Assembly: GCF_964204645.1 (NCBI RefSeq) | Contig: NC_134029.1 | Location: 16,548,950 to 16,612,949 of the forward strand | Length of the DNA: 64,000 bases | Direction of reading: 5' to 3' | Source: Tubulanus polymorphus | Lineage: Eukaryota > Animalia > Nemertea | Shown here: positions 47,861 to 60,174 of the stretch, piece by piece | How the letters are laid out: each line of letters begins with the position of its first letter | How positions within the stretch are numbered: position 1 is the first letter of the stretch | Notes under the pieces: model-generated | Seen by the model: the letters and a program-made list of their open reading frames with translations, nothing else | Databases searched by the model: none | Told to the model about the DNA's origin: nothing | Translations under genes and position numbers: made by a program

Positions 47861-50800
47861 TTAATCGGTATTAAAAAACTTGGTCCCAAGATACTGAGGT
47901 TGACTGTACCAGGATTTGTTTTTTGAAAGTTATGATTTTAAGTAAAGGAAACTGCAATCAAGAGCATCCATTGTTAAAAATTTATGATTTGTTTCGTCGA
48001 AAATGTGTCCCCCTTTCCGTATATTCTTGATCTGCCCCTGGCTAGGCATAAACCAAATCAAATTTCATGTAACGAAATTTGCTTCTCTTGCAGCGATGAA
48101 ATATGCTGTGAAAATATTAACATATTTCAAATACTTAGCAAATGAACACGCTATACTGCGAATCTGAAATCGCAGCCATAATGCAAATAAATTTGCATTG
48201 CATCCCCTGCTTTTCACGTACTTATATAAAATGAATATAGCTTTCTTTCACTCTATGATAATATATTATATTGTGTTTTTATAGTACCAATGTTTTAACA
48301 ATTTTTAATAGTGTTTTAGCTGTAGGATTAGAATAGTAGACCTTTAGAGGAAGTAGCTTGTTCACATAAGGCACAGATTCTAAACCCGAACTTTGTTATT
48401 ACAAACTCCAATACAATGATTTTAACAGATATGACAAAACGAAAATGAATTTACGTCACACTTGATATAAGAAAGTAGACAAATTCAGGGTTCTAAATCC
48501 ACCGAATACTTTCTAGATCTAGATCTGAAAATCATCATGCTGTAATAAAGATTACTTAAGTATATAGTCATTTTGATGAGGAAAAAGAATAGTATTGATC
48601 CAAACTGCAATTAACGGTGAAGTCATCGAGGTAGGATGAGCTAAGAGGGACTTATTATATTCACTACTAAAATACCAAGAATAAATCGCATGTCAATATG
48701 TGCTAATCCACTTAGCGGCTATAGTCACAATAGCTATGGTTTATGTTAATCAAATCATGTATAAAAAAACTTTGATATAAATAAGTCTAGCTGTTTCTTT
48801 TGGGAACTAGGTCAAGTGGAGTTGGTTATAGAGCCATGCAGGGAAAACTTTGGTTATTAGAGTTAGTCAATTATTTGCAAACTTAGTGAAACCATTTGTC
48901 AGAACTATAGTCCGGAAATAGTCGTCCACGCAATTCAGCACAGTGGTTGTAGACCAGAACTAGTTATAACTTAAGATGGCCTTGAAATGAACAAGCTATA
49001 GTGCATTCGACAGTGCTTTGACTTATAAGTCAACACCTTCTATTAGATAGAGTATGCAAGTTATCTTTAAATGCGAGTTTTGCCCCCCCCATAAAACATG
49101 CCTACAGTACTCAGTATTCATGCACTTTAATGTATATACAACTAGGCTTAAGAGGTTTGTATCAGAATAAAAAGTTCAATAATATGAGGACTTATCATAT
49201 GCATGTATTGGTTTGTTTTATTTAGTGACTACATGACTAGTTAGCCGAAAGAGATCATTTGTAATAAAGAAAATATAGTAAATTACAAGTGTATGCATAC
49301 CCTGACATCGTTTCGCTGTTTTATGAATTTTATTATTTAAAACTGTTTATTGTGTAAAATAAATTCAGTAAATCATCAATAAATCGGGTTTTCTGTTATC
49401 TTTCAATGGTTCTGTTTATCCGCTCTGCTGCCCCTGAGCAGGCCCATAGCCAGCCACGTATTTGGAGGTTCGATTTTCATGAAAATGAAAGATGATTAAA
49501 TGCTGAGGAGCAATTTCGCAGCTTTTAGCAGATTTAGGGTGAATATTTTGCTCATTTTTCCTACAATTTGGCCCCGTATCAAGTAAGTGTGGAAGCATGT
49601 GCATACAGTCAAACCTCGTTATAACGCCACCATCAAGAAATGCTCGATGTGATCCTCCAAATAACTACCAAAAGCACCATCATCGCATTCTCGTGATGTT
49701 CATTGAATTCTTCGGGCACTACTTTCTCCTCTGCATATATGCAAATAAGATCTTTACCATAACAGCATATACAGGTGACCTTGCTTTGTAATCATCAGTG
49801 TGTAATTCGTCATTCTGGCTTGATCATTTTTCTGGAAGTATGGATAAACGCTTCGTTATTTACATTTCTGTCTGTCGCGTTCGAAGTGCAGCGTTGAAAG
49901 CCATGGCAATAATTTACTGAATGATTTATGGATGCGTCTTCACCACTATAATCTCCCTCCCGTTGCCTTTCCCTTCCTCTTATTATTATCCATGCAGGGG
50001 CGGATCCAGGGGGATGGGTAGACAGTATTGGAAGGAAATTTAAGGGCACCTTTCTGATCTAAGGGCAGACCCAGTATCCAGGTCAATGGGAGCGCCGAAG
50101 GCGCGAAGTCCTTAGCGGGGGGTCTGGGGGCCCACCCCCAGAAAATTTTGAAAATATGGTACCATTTAAAGCCTATAGAGGGCTTCTAGAGGCTAGCAGA
50201 GCAATCCAGAATAAACGAATTCGAGACAAGATTTCAACAGATGTGGATAAAAAATGAAGCTGGCGAACCCATGAAAGAATGGTTGTCGCCAACTTCGCCT
50301 AGTGCCCCTATAATCTTTAAAAGTGAAAACTCTGTAGAATATGAGGGATAACCCCATATTGTATGTATTTTATGAAAGGTCTTTTCCTAAGCTTTCGAAT
50401 GGTACCAAGTTTGCGAATTTTGGGGGTTACCTTCAGGGTCTGACCCAAAGGTCACAGTTCCCAAGGTCATCCAGATTTTTGGGACATTCATAATCAAGCA
50501 CTGTCATCAGATTCATCCCAATATCAATTATAATCAGAATCTTTCATTACTTTGTCCAAAATATCAGCCAAACTCACTAGAGAACGTATTATTTAGTGCA
50601 TTGGCTATTACTACTGACGATCTTCTCAACTTCGGAAATCTGACCCACGTGACATGTGGTTTCTATACCCCCTACTACATGCCAAATGTATGATATATCA
50701 CTTTCCTGCTTTGATAGACAGCAAAAAAGGTACGTATTTTGAGGGAGGGGGGGGGGAATTAATCAATCTTGGTACGTACTTTATGTACCAAACTCAAATG

Positions 50801-51351
50801 AAAATAGCCGTTGGTGTTTTATCGGCTTTTAGTACCGGGTATATAAAATCAATAAACAACAATACTTGCTTAATTCTTTTGTTGCGTCATTTATTTAATT
50901 ATCGGAATTTTGTTCTAATTCACCCTAACCCTAATTCAGATAAAAAATTAAGTTTTGTGACTCTATCATCCTACGAAAAAAAATTATGCTGCCTGGCAAC
51001 AGGAGAGGCTGAAACAGAAACAAACAAACAATTCCACTTGTGACTTGTAGTCGACTTCAACTGGGATTTCCCCAATACCGGGTACCGGTATCGATCTTTC
51101 ACGCACTTGTTGGTACATCATTAATGAAATCAGGTATTTATATTTTTTTTAATTTGTGTTCTTTGCATCAATATAATTGGGGGGGGGGGGGGGCATGGGT
51201 GCGATGGTATGTACCTAAGAGGGGGTCAGTGAATTTGGTACAAAGGTGGTACAAGGGGGTCAGAAAAACAGGAGATTTTGAGGTACGTAATTTGTGAACG
51301 CTCCCTTAAAGGGTTAAAGTTCCAATACATGTAATTAAAATGATGTCAATG

Positions 51352-51614
51352 CAGGGTCCGATCTAAGGAATGAAAGCCACTTGCATATCTGATATTTCAC
51401 TTACCCCCCTCCAAAAGCTACTTGCCCTACACAGGCAATCTGACTACACAGGCAGTCCGATTGGTGGCACTCATCCGTTGTTATCGAGTGGGAAAAAAGC
51501 TTGGTGACGTAAAATTGCACTAGCCCATGGGACAAGTGATAATGATAACCGACTCACCCTGATGAGAATATACTTGTTCCCGGGCAATCGGACAAGTGCT
51601 TTGATTGGACCCTG
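51352..51614. mobile_element. MITE with 5-bp TSD
   Basis: TIR CAGGGTCCGATC / GATTGGACCCTG flanked by CAATG on both sides. Confidence 0.65.
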
Positions 51615-52019
51615 CAATGATACCAATGTACCCCCTAGTCTAGAAACAGATTGTGGAACCTATTGATTTAACTCGGGAGTTCAACTGACCAAATAACTAA
51701 CACAGAAGGATTTGCTTATAAACTTTTTATTTCCTTCTGAAGCAGATACTTTATATATAAACATCTCTCGTTGAGAAAAAAATATTACAAAGATTTTATG
51801 TGAGAGGAATCGGAGGAGGGTAGAAACATGAATACGATTCTTCATTGTATTAATCAATCTATATATAAAAAACTAGAGGTCCAGGGACACCGTCCCAGAT
51901 TGGTAAAATGCTTGACAATCTGACTTATTTCAATATTCAACACCCCTCTTGAACAAATACAGTTATCAATGCTCCTTGAATCAATGCCTTGAAACACACA
52001 ACAGCCATAAAACATGTTA

Positions 52020-52461
52020 GGCAGCGTTCATAGATTACGTACCTCCATTGGGGGGAAGGGGGTTACTGAATTTTGGTACAAAGTGGTACATGGGGGGAAG
52101 GGGGGTCAGCAAAAAAGGTACGTACATTGAGGGAGGGGGGTATTAATCAATCTTGGTACGTACTTTATGTACCAAACTCAATTAAAAACAGCCGTTGGTG
52201 TTTTATCGGCTTTTAGTACCGGGTATATAAAATCAATAAACAACAATACTTGGTTAATTCTTTTGTTACATCATTAATGAAATCAGGTATTTATGTTTTT
52301 TTGATTTGTGTTCTTTGCATCAATATAATTGGAGGGGTGGTCATGGGTGCGATGGTACGTACCTATGAGGGGGGTCAGTGAATTTGGTACAAAGGTGGTA
52401 CAAGGGGGGAGGGGGTCAGAAAAAAGGGAGATTTTGAGGTACGTAATTTGTGAACGCTCCC
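52020..52461. mobile_element. PIF/Harbinger-type MITE (truncated sister copy ~50720-51305)
   Basis: TIR GGCAGCGTTCATAGATTACGTACCTC / GAGGTACGTAATTTGTGAACGCTCCC with TTA TSD; inserted in a minus-strand family A fragment starting ~51872. Confidence 0.78.
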
Positions 52462-54680
52462 TTATGAGCAATTGATTGCTGTTATAAAATATGCAAAGGA
52501 ACTAATATAAATAGACAAATTATAAATACAATGTATTTCAATATCAAACCCCCCTGGAGGTGAGAACAAGACCCCCAAGGGGCACTATGGCCAGCCTGTC
52601 AGCTTTTCATAAAATGGCAAATGATGCATTCTGTGGGTTAAATTTGTCCAAATACACTCCCAGCTCGATAACTAGTCAATCCCAGGCTAATAATTTACGC
52701 AACTCAATCGTGCTTTCAAAAGTAGCACAGACAGCGACTGGAGCTGGCAGGAACAAATACATCAGATAAATCTTTTCCCTTGGTCTTAGTGATTTGAACG
52801 CGGAACAGAATTGAATTTTCTGAAATTTGCTCAATTAAACAAAATTGAATTCGATTTGCTGTTAAAACTTGTTCAATAAAGTAAAATGGAATTGGATTTG
52901 ATATTTTTAGCGAATACAATTTGATTGAATTTGCAGTTTGAGCACATGGCTAATTAGCATATCAAGGTCATCCATCCGATTTGAGAAAAAGCTATTTTTC
53001 CCGGACAAATGTCAATGATATTTTCTGAAGTGCAAATAAAAATATTCCTCCCGAAAACCAAATCAACTAAAGATTTCACAGAAATCGATATTGAAACACA
53101 ATATTTTAGATCTTAAAATAAAACTTGGAAGTAAATTGGTAGACGATACCGCGGGTTCACGTGAACACCTGCTATCGGTTGTCATTACTAAATATACATA
53201 CAAACCTATATACATTGAAATATTTGATATCATATCAATATTCAACTCCCCTGGTGATGAAAACAATACACTGGGTTAACTCAATTCCCTGTTAGCTGTG
53301 TCGTAAGACAGTCCTAACAAATATTAAGACAACAAGTCAAAAACTGTTGATAATATCCCCAAGAAACTATTCCCCAGATATGAATGAGAATTGATGAATC
53401 TATGGCCACTGACCGCATAACAATTGACTAATCCACTAATCACTAATCCAAAAAATTTCAATATCACATGACAAACCAATTAATCTTTCTGTGCTTAGTA
53501 AATTTGTATTAACTAACCATTGCATGTTCAATTTTTAATTTTTGGATTTTCAACTGTCCAAACCCTTTAATATCATCACTGATGAATGGAATGAATGATA
53601 AATCAATGAAAAAAAATTGACATTGGGCCCCAAAATCAGGTACAGTTTAGTTGAAAACCAGAACTAACTTATTAAAGATAATTTTCGTATATTATCATAT
53701 GCTGCTACATCTACCCTCTGATAAACCACCAATGCCATCCCCGCTCAAATCAAGGATTTTAATAAAAAAAGCACCTGCATCTTGTCTTAGAACTAATCAA
53801 AAATAACTGATATATGCCATTATAGCTGTTCACCGACTTACGCACACTTGTTGTGTGTTAAGAAGCAAAAACACTTCTATAAGGGCATAACCAAATGCCA
53901 TAAATTGGCTATCTTGATTTTGTTTGGCCTGCAGGTGCATATACGGTAGATCCATAAATCATATATCAAGTCAACCATACATCATAGTGTGTCAAAAACT
54001 TCCAAAAGAAACTACATTTTGTCTACAGACAGACGAACACAATAGCCTGAGGCTTCCACCCAAGTGGGCTAAAATTATGTTAAAGTAAAGAGTGCCCATC
54101 CGGACATCTTGATTTTGATCGGGCAAGTCTTTTACTTGGTGATGTATCTTGTGATGACTAGTTGGTGATGTATGATGTATAGACACATGTATAAAACAAA
54201 TATCAAGACAAAGTTTTTTCACTTCCAAAAATAACTGGATTCCATCTATGGATGAATGGACAAATGAAAAGCGAACGCAAGTGAATGCCCCTAGTGGGCT
54301 AATAAGTGATCCAATTATTTCATAAAGCAGATATATCGAAGATATTGCCAATTACTACTTTAAAAAAAACAAAGCAGCCTTTAGTCTCATAAGTGACTAG
54401 AACTGGTTATGAAACTCATTCAAATGCTTCAGATTTTAAAATAAAACAGCAATTATAATGCAACCATAAATACAGGTATACTGAATAATACTTAAAAAAT
54501 GTACATAGTACTTCATTGGATTACAATGCAGTCCAATAAACAGTACAATAAAATACTGCTGCATCATACTACATTGTGCTACACCGACCAGCTTATTTGA
54601 AGCTCTGTTGATTTCTATAACACTCACTACTGGTATTTGTACCACTTTTGAGACATAAAACTGAAAAACTTAACATTGAA

Positions 54681-54875
54681 TCAGACTATGCGAACAGTCA
54701 TAAACTCAGTTTCATCCTCGCGCAATGGCAAGCGTAAATATATATATTCAAGGATATTCATCAATACCCCTCGATTAAATGGGTTATAAAATCTACCGTT
54801 AGCATCTTTCAGGTAACTATAACGTTTGTAATTGATGTATTCATTCGTTGTTATATTCTTCAACATGTTGTTTAT
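54681..54875 (-). CDS. DHHC gene last coding exon (NITTNEYIN...YNPFNRG...)
   Basis: TTxE and PaCCT-like motifs; TGA stop. Confidence 0.92.
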   Translation of the reverse strand: MNNMLKNITTNEYINYKRYSYLKDANGRFYNPFNRGVLMNILEYIYLRLPLREDETEFMTVRIV

Positions 54876-57800
54876 CTGAAATAAGGGTAGATCCATTTAA
54901 CCATTATACAGCATTCATTTCACATTATCAGTTAATTCAAACAAACGATGCTAAATACATACCGTAAATGCAGTAATTCCAGTGCCGATAAAACTGAAGA
55001 ATCCTAAATCTAAAGTTCCGACAAAAACTAACCAATTCCAACCAGCAAATCTTAATAGTGAAATACTCATATAAAAGGCGATCAAACACATCAAATTAAC
55101 CATACATACGAACACCAAAAACCATACTCTACAAAAAAATAACAAGCAGTACAGCAGTTTTAGAGATTAATTCCCTTAAAGGAATAGCCAATGTAAAAGG
55201 ATAACCCCAACCCTAACTCTTGAAGGGCCTTTCAAAATTTCAGCCTTAGATATAAATATGCACATACAAAATTATTTTTAGAAACCTAGAATATATGTTT
55301 GTATACCTAATTTCTATTTTTCCTGGGGGAGAGGGCCCAAAGTGATATTCTTGATTTTATCTTTATTACCCGGAAAACTACATCTCATTGCAGTTAATTT
55401 GCCATAAAGTGCATCATGTCAGGACTGAATTGCTTGGAAATCGCAGCAAAAAGCAGATTTTTGAAATTTCAGAATGCCCTTTTTATTTCAAAATGCCTTT
55501 TTTGTTTCAAAAACCCTTTTACAAGTGTGCTACCCTCGACAGCGATCCCTGGATCCGCCCCTGATCAGAGTCTACTTTGACTTAAAAGTTTAATAAAGGA
55601 CCAATGGTCCAGTGGCTCGCCAAACTGGTGTGAAGTAAAAAATCTGTCACGTAGGCTACCTGTATGCAAAAATTCATTTCATTGAATATAAAACAAGAAA
55701 AAAATATATTAAATATACTAAATTTTGGTCAGAGTGAACTTTTAATGATAACTGACTTTTACGAGAATGAAATCTTTGAAAAATTAATATGGGTCTTTTG
55801 TCTGAACAAATGTTCATAATTTAAATACATCCCTTGAATGATGTAAATTAAAACAACTAAAACTATGAGTGACCCGATAAGATCCGGTACAAACTTGGTG
55901 AGAGCCTGGGTTTCATCAGAGGTTTTTCATTATCATACGGACCATTCTGGACAGAAGCTCCCAAGTTCTTCAAATTTGAGGCCAGTGCCAGTTACTGACG
56001 AAACAAAGTTTATTGACTGACATGATTTTAATAATTTCATGATAGGATTGCTTTGTAGCTTACATCTTCACTCAGACAAATCGTTGTTACGTGCGACCTA
56101 CACCGTAACGCGCGTACTCTATAACTGATACATACAAACAGTGAACACGAGAGTATAAGGCGATATTGCCTACGCGACTGTGCATGACTATTTTCAACGC
56201 GAACGCCCATCGTTGTGCCGCAGTTAACAAACTAACACTAATGATCAGGCTCCAAAACGGATCGCTAATGCTTCAATTAATGATGATAAAACAAGTATTT
56301 CCAGTCATGTATATATCAGACTCATCTCTAAAAATTTGATACTATCAGTAAATCAGCCGTGTGGCGAACAGGGAAGTAAATTTCCGCATTTTGAAACCAC
56401 AGTTTCATCAGATATCTTGATGCAACGTTATCTCATGCACGGGATATCAAAACTTTAAAACTTGATGAATCATCGAACACATCGCACACAATAAATCATT
56501 ATATCATACGCCTTGAATATCAGTATTCGCGCTAGAAATGATGAATATCAACCTATTCAATCGTGCCGCCATTTTGTTTGTGAAATAACAGGCACCAGCT
56601 GATCCACCTCCTTCAACGTTATGACGTCATGATGGAAGTCAAAACCGGGTCAACACAAATTATACATAACTGAGATTTTGGGGGGTTTAGTCTTTGAAAG
56701 CCCATAACTACCGAAAAAAGCGTCGGATCTTGGGGATATAAAGTTCTTCCGACGCAAATAGCATTGAATTTTCACATGTGTTATTTTGGACATTAAAAGA
56801 TGCTGCATAAAAAAACGTGCTCAAATAAATCGAATTTTTTAAAATTTTTGGTAAATTTCTCAAAAACTATGGAACCCATGGCTTTCAACTTAGCGCACCA
56901 GAAAGGAAAACCAATTACGAAATATATTTTTGCTTAATCCGTTCAATTCGCCCATTAGTAGTGAAATTACAGGCTACTGAAATTGCGTTTGAGAGTGCTA
57001 ATAATAGCTGTGAGCGTAGTGTATTAAGCATACGAATGATTATCGATCGGCCAGACCGTTGACATGCGAGCCAACAAAAAATGGACTGATTTTCACTAAC
57101 TCACAATTGTGTAACTGTATCTAGCACATTAGTAAACTCTGCATCTTGCATACCAGAAGACAGAGAGGTTTTTATGTGAATACTGTTAGCTTTTACCGAA
57201 CATCAGCTCTGCTGGCCATCCAGCAAATTTTAGCTCAATAATGGAATATGTGCCCTCAAATCTGCACCCTCTTCTACCTCAAGACTCTCACCTGTTTCCA
57301 TGTCCCACGCAGTTGTATATATAAGGACAATGATGATCAAAGTGTTTTACGCAACGATTACATATTCTACAGTGTTTAGAGCGTAATGGTTTAACTGTTC
57401 TACATGTATGACAGAGTCTACTCAATGGATTTATTCCCTGCTTCCATTCATCATAATGGGCTACCTAAAAATATATATAACAAATTCATTTTAAAAATTC
57501 CAAAAAAGTCAAACACATTTGCATTCACGATGAGTGAAAAACAAAGTGTTCTATCCGTGATAAAACACAAAACGAGTAGGGATACAGAGACACCACGCCT
57601 GTTTTAGAACTGGTGAATGCGCAACAAAATCCCTGGTAAACATGAACACAACCAATTGCCATGAATGATTTTCTACTGATTTAATTATCTCCATTGATCT
57701 ATAACATTGGGCTTAAGATTTAAGGAGAAAACATGATTCTATCAACAGATGAATGGATGGATGCACCTAGGTGACCAAAACAAAAGTTGATTGCTCATGC

Positions 57801-59956
57801 CACAGTTCTAAGTAAGGTTAGAAAATGATCATCCAGGTGTTGAATGCAATATCGGGTTACCTTAAGCTTGTGACAAACCACTAGCTTGTGCACAGGGCAA
57901 ATTTCATAGCAGAATTCAGATTGACTCGCCAAATATGTTCACTGAATAAATGATTCAGTAAGAATTCTTTCACCGAATCTATTCGCTGAACATGATACTA
58001 GAAAAATCTTGCAGTTGATGAAGACATGAAACTAGCATAAATCATACTGATCGAATCGCCAACTGGAAAATTTGTGTCACATCCCTTGGCACACTAGAAG
58101 ATTGTCTACAAACATCGACTTGCCAAGAAATTTGCCTACTGTATCACAAGCTTAAGTAATGTAAAATACCTGTTTTATAGCCATATCATACTCGGGGACA
58201 TTCTGTGGTAAAAATCCGGGATCGTGTCCATAAGCTTGATAAAGACTTATCCACATAACTACATTCAGTAGAATGAATAGAACATGTAGTGAAGGATACA
58301 GCGGCCAGGTAAGTGGAATGGCCTGAAATAATATGTACACAAAACATGTTGATGATTCTGGGAAAATTCAGTAATATTCAAAAATTTCTGATTTGGTTTT
58401 TACCTTCCAAATATACATAGGATACCCAAATAACAGTAGATTTACTAAGAAGAATAGAAATGGACCTTTTGTTTTCCCCGGAGGACCAAAGATGATACTT
58501 CTAAAACGACAAAGACACAGATACTTCTAAGCCTATGCAGAAATTTCTGCTTAGTGATAAATTTACAGATAAAATATACCTCATGTTGATTTTTGTAACA
58601 ATTGTTTTTCTTTTTTTAATTTCATTATCAAGATATTTGATAACGTCTTGGTGTTTTCGCCCGCATGCCAATAAGTAAGGAGATTTTCCATTTTTGTCCT
58701 TCAAATTTATTTCTACTCCATCCTAATAAAAGAAACTAGGGGTCAAGGAACACCATGCTCACTTGGAGCATGGTCTGCAATGCTTGACAATCTGACAATA
58801 TCAATATTCAACGCCCACTAATGAACAGAAACCAATGAGCATGATACTCCCTACAATTATCGAACATGTCATTAGCTACAATTTCAGGCACAGAATTACA
58901 AGGTACATTTCAAACATATGAAATGAGCCAGCAGTGCCTAATACACTCAAAAATGCATGGAAATAAGACTGATTATTCAAAATTTTCTTGAGGATGACTA
59001 GCAGAGCTTTGAAAATCATGGATCTGTCCCTGAACTTTGGAATTGAATGTGGTAACAAAATATGTAATAGGCCTATGTTTATTGGAAATAGGCCTACTAC
59101 ATAATCACACCATTCAACGCCCACCTGGTGTAGGTATGCAGAATCAAATGACCTTGAAAATCACAATCATAGATAAGGACGTTTCACAACTTAGAAATGG
59201 GGTACTGGCAAATACCAGATGGCGAAACTAATCACTGGGTCATCTATAGTGAAAATAGGTTCATTTTCAATGATATGTTAGGCCCTAGGGAGATACATAT
59301 ATGCCAAACCTCAAGACAAATGATCAAAGTTTCTTCAGAATTTCCAAGGTATGTAAGATACCTAGATAAACCAATTTTAGTTTTGTGACTTTCCTGTGAA
59401 CACATGTATATCCCCAAAGGAACCTCCCAAACCCAACTGCAGCCTCAACATCATGCAGTTCTTTGTGTCTCGTCAGTATTTCCCACAAATTAATCAATTC
59501 ATAAGATATCATTGGTCTATCAGAAATTAATTCACAGCTATAGGTCAACATGTACAATTTCGGAATCAGATTGCCAGTCATCTTGGATGGCATTACAATT
59601 CAACTTCTGATAATGTCAACTAATTTTCATACAAATTATCAATGCTCCACATAAAATACATTCATAGTAATAGGCCAAAATGCACATTTTTAAACAAATA
59701 GAGCGTATGGTCACCAGTCCACCATATTGGTTTGGCATTACAACCTAGATTCGACTGATATATAATGCCATCTAACATTGTCATATGAAATATCAATGTG
59801 CTTATTTCTATATGTAACTTACCCTTTCCACCAATTCACGAACTGCAGTCAAATTACCGTTTATGCAAGCTAAGTGAAGAGGAGTTTGACCATAATTATC
59901 CAACTGACCAGCATCGAACCCAGAGTAAATTAATAACCGCATTAATTCAGAAAATC
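54681..59956 (-). CDS. Ankyrin-repeat DHHC palmitoyltransferase (HIP14/Patsas-like), last 7 coding exons; 5' exons not found in the window
   Basis: Phase-consistent exons 59823-59956, 58580-58722, 58404-58500, 58170-58322, 57292-57464, 54963-55128 and 54681-54875. Motifs: ankyrin [16 protein letters not shown] Cys-rich domain, TTNE and NPFNRG. Confidence 0.93.
54963..55128 (-). CDS. DHHC gene exon (two TM segments)
   Basis: AG / GTATG boundaries, hydrophobic sequence, phase match. Confidence 0.88.
55345..55563 (+). mobile_element. 3' part of a MITE with a CAGGGGCGGATCCAG terminus (uninterrupted sister of 21335-30020)
   Basis: Ends CCCTGGATCCGCCCCTG; collinear with 21340-21494 + 28702-28724 + 29976-30020. 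Confidence 0.65.
55593..57080 (-). mobile_element. HINE-like family C copy
   Basis: Reverse complement of 41082-42520. Confidence 0.7.
57292..57464 (-). CDS. DHHC catalytic exon ([38 protein letters not shown])
   Basis: Canonical DHHC cysteine-rich domain; AG / GTGAG boundaries. Confidence 0.96.
58170..58322 (-). CDS. DHHC gene exon (TM segment plus DPG motif)
   Basis: AG/GT boundaries and HDPGFLP. Confidence 0.9.
58404..58500 (-). CDS. DHHC gene exon ([32 protein letters not shown])
   Basis: AG/GT boundaries, transmembrane segment, phase match. Confidence 0.88.
58580..58722 (-). CDS. DHHC gene exon, ankyrin repeat ([24 protein letters not shown]...)
   Basis: AG/GT boundaries and ankyrin-like sequence. 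Confidence 0.88.
58734..59400 (-). mobile_element. Diverged family A-related HINE fragment
   Basis: AACTAGGGGTCAAGGAACACCATGCTCACTTGG resembles the reverse complement of the family A 3' end. Confidence 0.55.
59823..59956 (-). CDS. DHHC gene exon, ankyrin repeat ([12 protein letters not shown]...[23 protein letters not shown])
   Basis: AG / GTAAG boundaries and ankyrin TPLHxA consensus. Confidence 0.9.
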
Positions 59957-60174
59957 CTGTAATGAAAATCAATTTCTTAAAATTTATTTACTTAACAATA
60001 ATGAATGGGATCAATTTCCAGATTAGTTCCACCTATAGCTTACATCAGATTGATTGCGACTGATTGAAAGCTGCATAAATATTTGGGCACCAATGAAAAC
60101 AGACATCATGCCCACTAGGCGAAATGCTTAAAACAATCTGGTCATTTCAATATTCAACGCCTGGTGATAATATA

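Noticed and set aside
50921-50935. CCCTAACCCTAA telomere-like motif (similar at ~55205)
   Set aside because: Only two units, a motif common in TE ends; not an interstitial telomere.
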